The notes under the pieces were generated by a model, which did no database searches, was not told the origin of the DNA, and saw only the letters and a program-made list of their open reading frames with translations. Shown here piece after piece: positions 30,318 through 41,974 of a stretch of DNA of 64,000 bases. This DNA comes from Tubiluchus corallicola (Eukaryota > Animalia > Priapulida). Within the stretch, counting starts at the first letter, position 1. Each line of letters starts with the position of its first letter. Both the position numbers and the translations under genes were made by a program. The stretch lies in NCBI GenBank assembly GCA_030141605.1, contig JAQGDQ010000988.1, forward strand, positions 1 to 64,000, given 5' to 3'.

Positions 30318-32813
30318 CTAAACGAATGAATCCGATTTCGACTCGGGCTCTGATTCCGACTCGAACTCGTCTGATGAGGACTCAACTACTTCACTGTCAG
30401 TTTGTGATTCAATTGTTCTTTTTCTTCTAACAATATATGCCCCCAGCCCTAACAGAGCAGCTAAAGCGACTCCACCTACAATGCCGACTATTACTAATTT
30501 GTGAGACTTGAAATCCGTTGTTGTTTTTAAAGTGGTGCCTTCCACTGTATTTATTTCGGTCACAGTTGTTGATGCTGCTGTCGACGTTGTTGATGCTGCT
30601 GTCGACGTTGTGGATGCTGCCATCGACGTTGTTGATGCAGCTGTCGACGCTGTTGATGCTGCTGTCGACGTTGTAGATGCTGCTGTCGATGTTGTAGATG
30701 CTGCCGCCGACGCTGTTGATGCTGCCGTCGACGTTGTTGAAGCTGCCGTCGACGTTGCTGAAGCTGCCATCGACGTTGTTGAAGCTGCCGTCGACGTTGG
30801 AGATGCTGCTGTCGACGCTGTTGATGCTGCCATCGATGTTGTTGATATTGTTGTCGTCGTTAACAGTTCATCACAGTCAAAATCATCAGCTGTTGAATCT
30901 TGAACATTTTTAGGCCATACACAATCAACACGAGTGCGATCGTTGAGCGACCAGGGAGGCAGAACAATCCAGGTCAAGTTGCAGTCGCATCTCAGTTGCA
31001 AATCTAAAAAATAGGAAACCATTCAGAAACCGAGATTAGACATCAATCGACAACAAAAGAATATTATTATTTGTCAGCCTACAATAGACACGCTAAAAAT
31101 CTTCACTTTCATTTGACATGACCCAGGTACCAAAATCACTTTTCTGCATTTTGATAAATACATTGTTTTAAGTACTTACCTTCTGAGTGACTTTGGTAAC
31201 TTAAATGTAGACATAGGAATTTCGAATGCGTTTTGGCAACTCAAATGTGACTTAGGTGAGTCAAATGTAGACATAGGATTTTCCAATGTCTTTAGGTAAC
31301 TCAAATGTGACTTAGGTAAGTCAAATGTAGACATAGGAGCTTCGAATGTGTTTAGTAAAGAGCATGTTCAATTTTGCTGTATCCGTATCCGTATAGTTTA
31401 CAAAGACAAATGTCATTACATTCATGAAGGCACTGATACATACCTGTGCACATTATGTATCCTTTGTTTTGGAAACCACGGATGTGTAAAACTGGAAACT
31501 GTGTACGTTCGAATGCCTCTATCTGTCTAGCTAAATTCAGTTCTGTTTACGTATATGTATTTTATATAGGTTTTACATGTCAAATGTTGACCTGTGTTAA
31601 CTCAAATGTAAATTTGGGTAATTCAAATGTGTCTTGGTAACTCAAATGTAGACTTAGGTAGTTCAAATGTGTTAACAAGGGTTTTCAACAAATCTTAATA
31701 GGCCGAAATGAAACGTCTGCTCGCAAATATCAGAGAAAATCTTCTTGTGCAAAATCACGGTCAGAGAATGGCAATATTGGCTCAGTTGGCAGAACAGTCT
31801 GTTAATATCATAACGGCCGCAGATGCAGGCCATTTTGAAATTTGCACTTAACTACCGATTTATTCAAAGTAATTATCTACATTTGACTTACCCAAGTCAC
31901 ATTTGAGTTACCAAAACACATTCGAAATTCCTATGTCTGTATTTGACTTACCTAGGTCACATTTGAACTTTCCTGTGTCTACACTTGAGTTACCTATTTT
32001 GATGTCATTGTGTGCTTAATGTCATTATATTGTACTGAATGCGACAATAATAAACTAAAAAAATCCCTTATATTGCACCTGAATTTTATCAGTTAACTAA
32101 TTAGTGAACTAATAAGAGATTTTCAATTATTTAATTAATTAAATAGTGTCAATTCATAGAAAGAAAAACAACGGCAAAATTATAAACTACAATTGTTTGC
32201 GTTTTCTTTACAGACTTAACTATATTGTTTTCGAGCACTTACCCTGAAGGTAAAATTCCACATTTTCAGCTGCAACACTCTTGTGAATTTTTGGAGGTTT
32301 CAGCCCTTCAATATTGTTATCTGTGATGGTCAAAAGCCCAAAGAATGGATTACCGGAGAAGTCGAACTCCGGAATTTCCGTTAGTTGACCTCCATTGAAG
32401 AAAAGACCCCAGAACTCTGCATTCTTGAAAGCATCTGGATGTATGTAAGAAAGCTTCGTTGATTCAAAAGTAAAATCATTCACGTGACCATTTATTGAAT
32501 TTGGCCCCAAACGTCTCAAGCTACCCCGTCTTATGTGTAAGCTGCCGAGCTGCAATACTTTTCCCTTGAAAAAATTGTCTGGAAGCTCAGTTCCTTTGTA
32601 ATATTCTAAATAAACTTTATATCTCCTATCATTTAGACTTCCCAGATCATTATCTATTTTTGCCAGTTTAACTTTTGTCATGCCTGAGCAAGTTATTTTG
32701 CAGCCTTTATTCCATTTCTCAATCAGACAACCTTTAACAATTTTTTTGCAATAATCTTTAGACAGGCAAGCAGTTATTAAAGATGAGATGCACAACGCAA
32801 ATAGCAAAGCCAT
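30318..32813 (-). CDS. Type I membrane protein, 418 aa: signal peptide, degenerate LRRs, LRRCT, Ser/Thr/Ala mucin-like stalk, TM helix, short acidic tail
   Basis: Exons 32813-32243 and 31003-30318 (phase 1, 1257 nt, open). MALLFALCISSLITACLS signal; LRR-like ELPDNFFKG, LSYIHPDAFKN, LTEIPEFD; LRRCT LRCDCNLTWI..DCVWPKN; (TAASTTS)n from 21-bp repeats; TM LVIVGIVGGVALAALLGLGAYIV followed by RRKR. Confidence 0.85.
31190..32000. repeat. Dispersed element with internal CAAATGTAGACTTAGGT subrepeats in inverted arrangement (relative at about 55370-56015)
   Basis: Shared block GGTTTTACATGTC..AACTCAAATGTAGACTTAGGTAGTTCAAATGTGTTAACAA at about 31570 and 55380. Confidence 0.65.
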
Positions 32814-33039
32814 TTCCTGTACAACCTAAATAAGTTACGTGACTACTACATCTATAGCCTGTATTCCAGAAGTTCTGCACAGTCATTCCAATTACTATTG
32901 TAAATGTTTTTCATTGTCTTCATTGTTTTTTCCACAAACTACCAAAACTTTCAAAATCAACAATGCATTCCTTCAATTGAAGTTAACAATGTGACGTGTA
33001 CGGTGGCGTTTTCCACACAAATAGGCGTATATAACCGAT

Positions 33040-33810
33040 CAAAAATAGAAGAACATATTATTAGAAGAGATGCTAATCAGTTTTGGAAAAAGCACAAATA
33101 CATGGGCTCTTTTCTAAGCACTGAAGATGATATTAAAAGTAGAAAGCAACAAGCAATGCATGCTTTCTTCAATGCGAGAATGTATTAACTAGCAAGAAAT
33201 TAAGTCTTAACATGGTCTTACGTTACCAGCATAGTTATGTATAACAGCGAAACTCGGGGTTTAACGATTACTCGAGAAAAATTTAAATAATGATGATAAT
33301 CTTTATTTAAAATCGGGTTTTTGGGTCAACAATTAACATTAGCTCAAAGAGCTATTATCGCCGACTGCAAATAACAATCTACAACTACATAACAGAGACT
33401 ATTATTACCCCACTTTTACCCCAAAAACCAGGCCTCAGGCAGGGCAATACCAGGTGCCATTTTTAAAGTCCTTGGTATGACCCCAGCACTGTATCGAACT
33501 TACGACCTCACAGACGGAAAGTGACACGTTACTGGTAGATCAAATCGTCTGGTCGAGACAAATTGACACGTTTCATAGAAGTCTTCTAAGGAAAGTTTTA
33601 AAGATAAGATAGTCATATGCAATCAAAAATGAATTATGCATCAGAACAAAAGAAATTTATTGGAGTTCAAAAGGCAAGATCCGAAGATTAAGATAGCTAG
33701 GACATCCTCTAAGATTACCAAGTGAAGCACCAGTAAGAATCGCTTTAAAGGAAGCCTTAAAACCTTGCAAAAAACACCTGGTAAACCTAAAACGACTTGG
33801 ATAGCTAAGT
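33040..33810 (+). mobile_element. Decayed non-LTR retrotransposon fragment interrupted by a SINE
   Basis: WKKHKYMGSFLSTEDDIKSRKQQAMHAF and IDTFHRSLLRKVLKIR..RRLR; collinear with 12840-13140. Confidence 0.75.
33286..33554 (-). mobile_element. tRNA-headed SINE (same family as 18191-18503) nested in a LINE fragment
   Basis: Reverse-complement homology; flanking direct repeats GAGAAAAATT/GAGACAAATT; the empty site is visible at about 12910. Confidence 0.82.
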
Positions 33811-34849
33811 AAATACGCTTTTTGCAGCATTGTGAGACACGAGAACTTAAACTGTTATTGTGTTATTGAAATATTAGGCTATATATATAGAGAGAGATAG
33901 ATAGATATAGGACACATGATTTAACACCAGGTAGTGAATACAGTTACTGGTATAAATAATAATATAATATATATATGCATTGCATGTATTTTTGGCACTA
34001 ATAATAGATGAATAAATAAATACATATATTATATATATATATTTATTTATTTATTAGTGCCACAAAAGCATACAATACAAGAAAAAACAAGACATACATA
34101 CAATTTCAGTTTTGAAATATAATGACACTGCTGACGAACAAAACAATTTTTGATAAAACAAATATCATCAAATCTTCCTGTTAGTTATTTTAATTACTTA
34201 AATGAAAAGTTCAGTGATTACTGTTTAAAATAAATTGTTATTCATCAATCATCAATATTCAATGATCATTACATATTATATTATTCATCATGTCCTAAAA
34301 ACGATTTTTCAACGAAATCAATAAATGCCTTAATTACTTCTAAATCATTACTTCTCATCAGCATCTCGCATAAGGAAAAATTCTGGTTTAATTACATTGA
34401 AGTGATTATATAATCTTCCTCTAAGATCATTGTAATATGGGAATTTTATAACAAAGTGTAATTCGTCTTCGATTTCCATTTTTTAAACAGCATGAGCAGT
34501 TACGATTCTCAAATATGTAACAACTTAAAAATAAACATGTAATATCTACTTATTATACTTGCAATAAAGAAATAATATAACATTTGTAAATCAAATTGTA
34601 ATTGGAATCTGGAAATAAGACTAAGTTCACTTGTTTATGGCTGCAAGAACCAAAATCTAGTCAAATGTAATAAATGCTTGAGACAGTGATTGTAATAGTA
34701 ACATTTGTGTATTTCAACATGTCTGTATATTGCGATGTGTATATAAGCCTGGTTGCTAACATTTATGTAAACCACGTGACTATGCCTTGAAAATAGACCG
34801 CCTTTTGGATTTCGTATTTGTAATACGTAGTTTCTGAATAAACTAGAAT

Positions 34850-34935
34850 AATGATGACGATGATGATGACGATGATGATGATGATAATGATGATGATAAT
34901 GATGATGATGATGATGATGATGATAATGACGATGG

Positions 34936-34972
<37 letters not shown>

Positions 34973-35220
34973 AATGATGATGACGATGATGACTATGATG
35001 ATAATGACGATGGTGATGATGATGACGATAACGATGACGATGACGATGATGATAACAATGATAATGATGATGATGACGACGATGACGATGATGATGATGA
35101 TGATAATGATGATGATGACGATAACGATGAGATGACGATGATGATGACAATGATGATGATGATGATGCCTATGATGATAATGATGATGATGATGATGACG
35201 ACGACGACGATGATAATGAT
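34850..35220. repeat. (GAT/GAC/AAT)n trinucleotide microsatellite
   Basis: Read directly. Confidence 0.95.
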
Positions 35221-37137
35221 CTTATGAAAACATTACTTCACTAGAAACAATGGACCTGTCATATTTGAATTCTGTTTAACCCTGTTGATATTATAATGAT
35301 ATCTAGGGAAGGAATGCAGAAAATGCCTTGAATGCAAATACAGTCAGTTAGTTGTGTATTGTAAAGGCGCGTCTAGACTAGCGCGTTTTTTTTGCCAGGT
35401 AATACTGTGAAACTACACAAACACAGTTTTCCCCGCTGACACCCATACAGTTACTGGCTCAATGTTGCTAAACTTCAGTAGGAATATATTAAACCTGAAA
35501 GAGGTGCTCACAAAGAAAGTGAAAGCATGACACAACACTGCCTAATGTTTACTGGGTTACTCTGCTGCATTTGATTGTCTTTACAAGCTATTAAAGAAGA
35601 GCTAAAATAAAACTATAATAAAATACAGCTAAAATAAAATATTTAAATAAAGCCTAAAAACTTCGTCTTGACATTCTGTATCAGTTGTACACTGTCTTGT
35701 TTCATAAAGAACTTCTATTAGCAGGAACGCTGTGTAAAATTTGTAAATTTAAACTCTCGTGTTGACAAACAAGCGCAGCCATTTTGATGTTAAATTGTGC
35801 GAAACATAATCAGAGCATAATTACACATTAGAATATGCATAGAGTGATTTGCTACCAGGATGTTGGTTGGAAACAAGAAAAATGAACTAGGTAAGATTCT
35901 AGCTAGCTGTTAAAACAGTTATTATTACAACAGCATGGGCTGCGTCGTCTGGTACATCATCATCATCATCATCATTCAGTGAATCATACGTCCAGGGACA
36001 TGATTCTGCTCACCTCCCAATGCCAGGACTCCCTGCTCGCCGCAATGTCCCAAGTACATTTATTTCTAAAGATCAATGCTGAAGTGTTTAAATCTTTCTG
36101 TGCAAAATCTAAATATGTTAACATTTGTCCTCCTGCAGGTTTTTTAGCTGGTTCTGTGGCTTGTTCGTCTGGTACACTTAACCTTTGACCTTTTCTCGAT
36201 CATCGCTGGAACTGTGAAAAGGCCTATTATAACACAGATACAACATAATCTTTAGAAAATCACTGAAATTCTTCAACATCTTGCCCACGATGAACGATGC
36301 TATGTAGTAGCAACAGCCGTGGCGTGACTCGATAGCGCACATGACTGTACTGGTCTCTCCTTGTGAGCATGAAATTTTTGCTCAATACACATTTTCACAC
36401 ACGAAATGGGGTGATAATTAAAGATCTTTTATCTTGGAAAATGGTACATTTATTGCTAGAAAACTGTGAAAGAGTAAAGGACATTTTGCACATAGACCGC
36501 AACAAAAACTCCTCGGTTTGTCAGACAAAAGCTGGGAGACATTAGTCAGCTTTGTGAATTGTCCGTATTTACCGATACTAAGCTATCAAAATCAAATCAC
36601 GAAGAAATTAAGGTAAGTTTTGAAATGGAGGGGGAGGGAGAGAAGGAGAAGAGCAATGTAGAGAAGACAAAAGGAGAGAAGCAGAGGAGTGAAGAGAAGA
36701 AAAGGAGAAGAGAAGAGCAAAAAAAAGAAAAGAAGAAATGCGAAAGGAAAAAAGAAAAGCAAGAAAATGGAGAATAAAAAAACTTAGCTTCTGAACATGT
36801 TAAAAACAACCGAACAGAAAATCAAAATTGTTGAAGTTCCTGTACTGAAACATGAACAAACTTGATTTCAGTTTTGAAACATGTAAAACCGTTTTGTATT
36901 ACCACCCCACACAGGAAGAGGAATTTAGCAATTACCACCCGACCTTCAAACCCCCCCCCCCCCCCAATTATGAAAACTCATTTGTCAACCGACCATTCTT
37001 CCATTAAACTCAATCATTTACCCCAGTAAACAGAGTCAGTTTTCCGCGACGCCGAAGACACGGCAGATGAAACGGCTTAATTCTGCAAACGTGAGATAAT
37101 TCAAGCGAATTTCCTGCATTTTTACCAAAAAAACACG

Positions 37138-37144
37138 TATAAAA
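37138..37144 (+). promoter_or_regulatory. Candidate TATA box of Cys-rich gene A
   Basis: CGTATAAAA 93 bp upstream of ATG 37231; the paralog has CGTATAAAT 98 bp upstream of its ATG. Confidence 0.55.
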
Positions 37145-37230
37145 CAGCAGGTAAGTAACCATGTAAAGTAATCGTCAAGTAAACAGCATCGTAGTAACAG
37201 CGAGACTTTACTAGTTACATCTCAGACAAC

Positions 37231-39885
37231 ATGAAAGCTTTGCCAGTAATTCTACTTACTGCATTGACCATTTTGGTAAGTAAAATTCTTTTCATATAGT
37301 TAGGCAGAGTTGTGGCTTGTAGGTAAAATGAGTGGGGGTGCTGGTTCAGAAAATTGTTATCCATTGTTTTAGTACCGTGTAAAACGTAACAAACATGTAA
37401 TTTTAATGTTAATATTTGAAGATCAGGTGTTGAACGGCCTCTTTTCTTAATTGGAACTTTCTCATGGAGAGACAACTGTGAAAAATTAAGCTGTTGTAGT
37501 TCACTTACAGTCACAGAACTTATTTCTTGTAGATGCAAGGCGTCCATTATTAAATAATTCATATTTTAAGCGCACATGCTAAGTTTACACTTTATTATAT
37601 CCAAGAATATGACAGTACACGGTAAGCACGTGGCAATTGTTAACCGTGATACTATTACAGTACACGGTAAGCACGTGGCAATTGTTAACCGTGATACTAT
37701 TACAGTGAGTTTGTCCTAAAACAGGTGATAATACGACAAACTCGCGATTTTTCTGCAAATCACATTACATGCCAACTAAGCCTTATAATAAACCGACGCA
37801 ATTTATGACATAAATCTGCAGAACTGAATTTTCTAGGTCTGCATAGTAGTTAGATGGGTGATTTAAAAAAATTGTGGGCATTCCCAAGTAAATAATCGAC
37901 AGTATAATGGCTACCCTTTTTGGTTTTATTAAAGGGAAACCGGATGATTGTGTAAACACGAGTTCAGAATAAAGAATGCTCTAAAATATTGAAAACTACA
38001 ATAGCTTTTTTAAATCAAAGCGTAAATTAAATAGTAATTACCTCGGATACTCAAATTTCGTTAAACTTTCAAAGCTACGCACGGCTCAGTGAATCTTCTG
38101 AGATTGGCAGCGGCGCCATTTTGTCACATTCGCGTGGCCGACAAATAGAAAGCGTTACCATGATCATAACCATGATCATGAACTGCTGTGTTAGTTTCTG
38201 ACGTCATATGATGTAGAGCCCATTTTTATGATATCACGTGTTTAAATTGTAACACTTACGCAAACGTGCTTGCCGTGCAGGAAGATGCCTGCCATTGCAC
38301 AAACTGTGGTTAGTTTCTGACGTAAGCAATAGCTGTGTTCTGTTGCCGTTAATTAACTTTCTAAGATAATTATTAAAATATAAGAAAAAATTGCTAACTT
38401 TTATAGGCAAGAAAATGCATATTTTGGACAGTAAATTAAAATGAGATTGAGTCTAAACAATCGTCCGGTTTTACTTTAAATTTATAAGTAATCGGCTCCA
38501 CATGCACATTAAAGCAGAACTGAATTAAATTGTAGATTCTAAACAAATAGAATGTATAAACCTTTCCTTTAATGAATATACAACCCTAGCTGTTACTCCG
38601 GTCAGAATGTTTTTACAGATGACTTTGTCCGTGACCAAAAAAACCCCCAAAGTTCAAGACCAGATTTAAAATTGCTCTTTTTCATAGAATATTTCAAAAA
38701 TTACTAAAAACGATTCGATAACAAGCGAAAGCTCAACAAATGATTTTTGCAGGTGTTAACAGAAATCATTGACAGTCTCACCGCAGAAGAGCGAAGGGAG
38801 CGAAGACTAGCAAGACGTGTCAAGCGATGTTTCCATAGCTGTGACGATGATGATGATGATGATGATGATGATGCGACGAAGATGACGACGATGACCGTCG
38901 CAGACCAAGACGGGGAAGACGGAGATGTCGAAAGAAGTGTCAGGATGAAGATTTTGTCGTTCAATACGAACGATGCTGTCAGATGATAGATGCGGATGCA
39001 ATAGTCAGCTGTGCACCGGATGACTTTGACTATGAATCTGGATGCTTATGCAACTCAAATGGAGAAAACTGTTTTGAGGTGAGGAAATGCGAGTCGTGAC
39101 TGTAATTTAACATAAGCAGTTGTACAAATTTGTAAGGAAAGAAAAATGTTCTCACTTCTCGTGCACCTGCACTTGCAACATTGTGCACCTGCATTCATAG
39201 CTCTAAATAATTGCACTTGCAGTTTGATGCACATGCACTTGCAACATTGTGCGCCTGCATTCATAACTCTAAATAATTGCACTTGCAGTTTGATGCACAT
39301 GCACTTGCAACATTGTGCGCCTGCATTCATAACTCTAAATACTTCTACTAGCAGTTTCACGTGCCTGCATTCCTCACTTTGAAAACTTCCAAATCTTTAT
39401 TAAAAATCGATTTAAAAAATTAACGAATTTTATTTTCTTGCGTAATCTTTTTTGCTTTTTTTAGATACATAGATTTTTAGATAATTTAACATAAGCAGTT
39501 GTACAAATTTGTAAGGAAAAAAAATGTTCTCACTTCTCGTGCACCTGCACTTGCAACATTGTGCACCTGCATTCATAACTCTAAATACCAGCACTTGCAG
39601 TTTCACGTGCCTGCATTCCTCACTTTGAAAACTTCCAAATCCTGATTAAAAATCGATTTAAAAAATTAATGAATTTTATTTTCTTGCGTAATCTTTTTTG
39701 CTTTTTTTTAGATACGCGCCAGACAAGAAGATGGCACGAGATGTCAATGTCTAGATGCCTCAAACGAACTGCTATTATTAAACGGAGAACCGCTAGATTA
39801 CCCAGAATTCTGTTTCGATAGCGACAAGTGCAGTTGCAGCTATGCAAACCTAGTGATAAACACAACGTGCATCGAGGACATGTAA
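37231..39885 (+). CDS. Secreted cysteine-rich preproprotein A (about 181 aa, 16 Cys); 1-nt frameshift at about 38873 (null allele, young pseudogene or consensus error)
   Basis: Exons 37231-37275 (MKALPVILLTALTIL), 38753-39078 (VLTEIIDSLTAEERRERRLARRVKRCFHSC-D10-[frameshift]-DEDDDDDRRRPRRGRRRCRKKCQDEDFVVQYERCCQMIDADAIVSCAPDDFDYESGCLCNSNGENCFE), 39712-39885 (IRARQEDGTRCQCLDASNELLLLNGEPLDYPEFCFDSDKCSCSYANLVINTTCIEDM*). Canonical phase-0 splice sites; homologous to gene B. Confidence 0.78.
37933..38475. mobile_element. Kolobok-type non-autonomous element K2 in intron 1 of gene A
   Basis: TTAA on both sides (37929, 38476); homologous to 6199-6867. Confidence 0.75.
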
Positions 39886-40079
39886 GAAATGGCCGACAAT
39901 AGCCAAGTTGAAGTTTGAAAAATCTTAAATATACTAGTACCAGTAGAGTAGAGATGATGCATTTTTGAAAAAAGTTAATACATGAAGCTTTCACAGCTCT
40001 GACGAAACTATGGGTCCTAGCTAAGTGCAACTATAGTTTAATCTCAGACTTTGTGTTGGCATCCAGTGTCCTACCTAAC

Positions 40080-40255
40080 AAATGATCAGAAGTTTTAGAA
40101 GAAGATGAGTGGCACTTCATTATCCCATTCCTACAAAATCTTCCTATTCCAAATCCGGCATGAAGGAAAGATGAGCATACCATTCTGTTCTAACATAGGA
40201 GTACCTCAAGGAGATTGTTTAAGTCCCGTCCTTTTCACTTTTTATCTTGCTGTGG
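40080..40255 (+). mobile_element. Non-LTR reverse transcriptase fragment
   Basis: SNIGVPQGDCLSPVLFTFYLA (RT motif B). Confidence 0.75.
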
Positions 40256-40270
40256 GTATGACTGATGATG

Positions 40271-40392
<122 letters not shown>

Positions 40393-40781
40393 AACGTGTA
40401 TACAATTCATCAACAATGTGCCCAATTTTAACCACGATTTAATGCTTTATTTATCACTGAAATTATGAAATGTATAAATTTACAGTAGACATGTAAGAGA
40501 CGTTAAAAAGGGCGTCCTCTAATTAATCGGAAACGGAAGCGTTTACAACACACCACAGGCAGTTACTGAGTGCAGCTTTTATATAAGTGTCACATAGCGG
40601 CGCTACTCCAGTGAGCAGGGAAGGGTATTACATAAATGCAGTTGTGCGGTCTTCTTGAATATAGGCATTTATATGCAAATACATGTAATTATTAATGACC
40701 ACGTGGAATACACCACAAGTAATAGTTTGATTCCATTTTTTAAACTGATTAATGTCGCTTGACTAGGCTTTTAACAAAGCC

Positions 40782-40823
<42 letters not shown>

Positions 40824-41809
40824 CATTACTTGTGTGCAGCCCATTGTATTATTTTAAATGTTCATAGATACTGTTTACATACATATTACGTATGTACGTT
40901 ATACACTTTTTGAGCAAGTAGTTGACGTTGTACTTAAATACAAGTTAAAACAGACAATTGACGATACTTCTTGTTTCATTAATGTCCATTCTTATTAATG
41001 TTTTATTAATTAAATTAACATGCAGGTTTATAAGTTCTCAGTATGATCACATTAATGTGTTCCAATTATTATTGAACTTTAATGTAATTATATTTTAAAT
41101 CAAGTACATTATTTCACATGTGCTTGCATAGCAAAATCGTCCATAAATCGGCAATTAAGTTTTTCTAGTTATTTACATATCCTGAATCTCTATTTCACGA
41201 GGATCATTTTGATACCAAGTTCATTGCTCTATGTTATTTCATTTGCAATAAACTATTGAAATATACATGTATTTTCGCCAATGAAGGCATCTTCAGACAT
41301 CAGCATCAGTACTTAGCAACTATTTTTCTCTATCACATACACAAAAAATAGCCGAATATTACGAGATGATGATCGTTTATCAGTGATCGTTTGTGAAATG
41401 TATTTCTTTAATAATTTAGAAAATCTTTAGAAGTAGTTTATGTTTTTATAATTGTAAATGTGTACTTTATTTAGCTGTCTTTGTAACAAGTGCTAGCGAG
41501 TATTAGTTTTATTACATTATAGAAGAATCTTGAGTTCAGCAGTAAGCTGTTAAATTGACAATTCTGTATAATTATTTAAATAAATATGTTTATAAAAATA
41601 AATTTTGGTATGCACAGTCGATTTTCTTCTTCTAGCATTAAAGCCAGGCCTTAGTCTTAGGTCGATGTCAGGGAACTAAAGTGAAGAGTTTTTTTTCGAG
41701 TGGTGTGGTCGTTGTAGTGAGGCAATAAAGTAATCTAAACTTAAATTGACCACAAAAAAGATTAACGTCACAGCTCTGCGATTATGCCTGCTGAGTCCTG
41801 CTATAAGCA

Positions 41810-41970
41810 AGTCAACTACTATATCAATGCAGTATGCTGATGATGTGGCATGGATTACAAGAAACAAAGAAGAAGTAGATGAAATAAAAAAACTCAATTG
41901 AGGAGGAACTGAACAGAATGGATTTTGTTGTAAACAAAAATAAAACTCAAGAGTTTCACATAACACGCCA
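41810..41970 (+). mobile_element. Non-LTR reverse transcriptase fragment (YADD), frameshifted
   Basis: MQYADDVAWITRNKEEVDEIKK / IEEELNRMDFVVNKNKTQEFHIT. Confidence 0.72.
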
Positions 41971-41974
41971 ATGT

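Noticed and set aside
30508-30913. Plus-strand VDAA-repeat ORFs
   Set aside because: Antisense shadow of the Thr/Ser/Ala stalk of the minus-strand LRR gene.
34635-35220. Poly-His and poly-Met ORFs
   Set aside because: (GAT)n microsatellite; I found no convincing splice or start context, although a poly-Asp reading was considered given gene A.
36559-36777. Lys/Glu-rich ORF upstream of gene A
   Set aside because: Purine-rich low-complexity DNA with no ATG or splice support.
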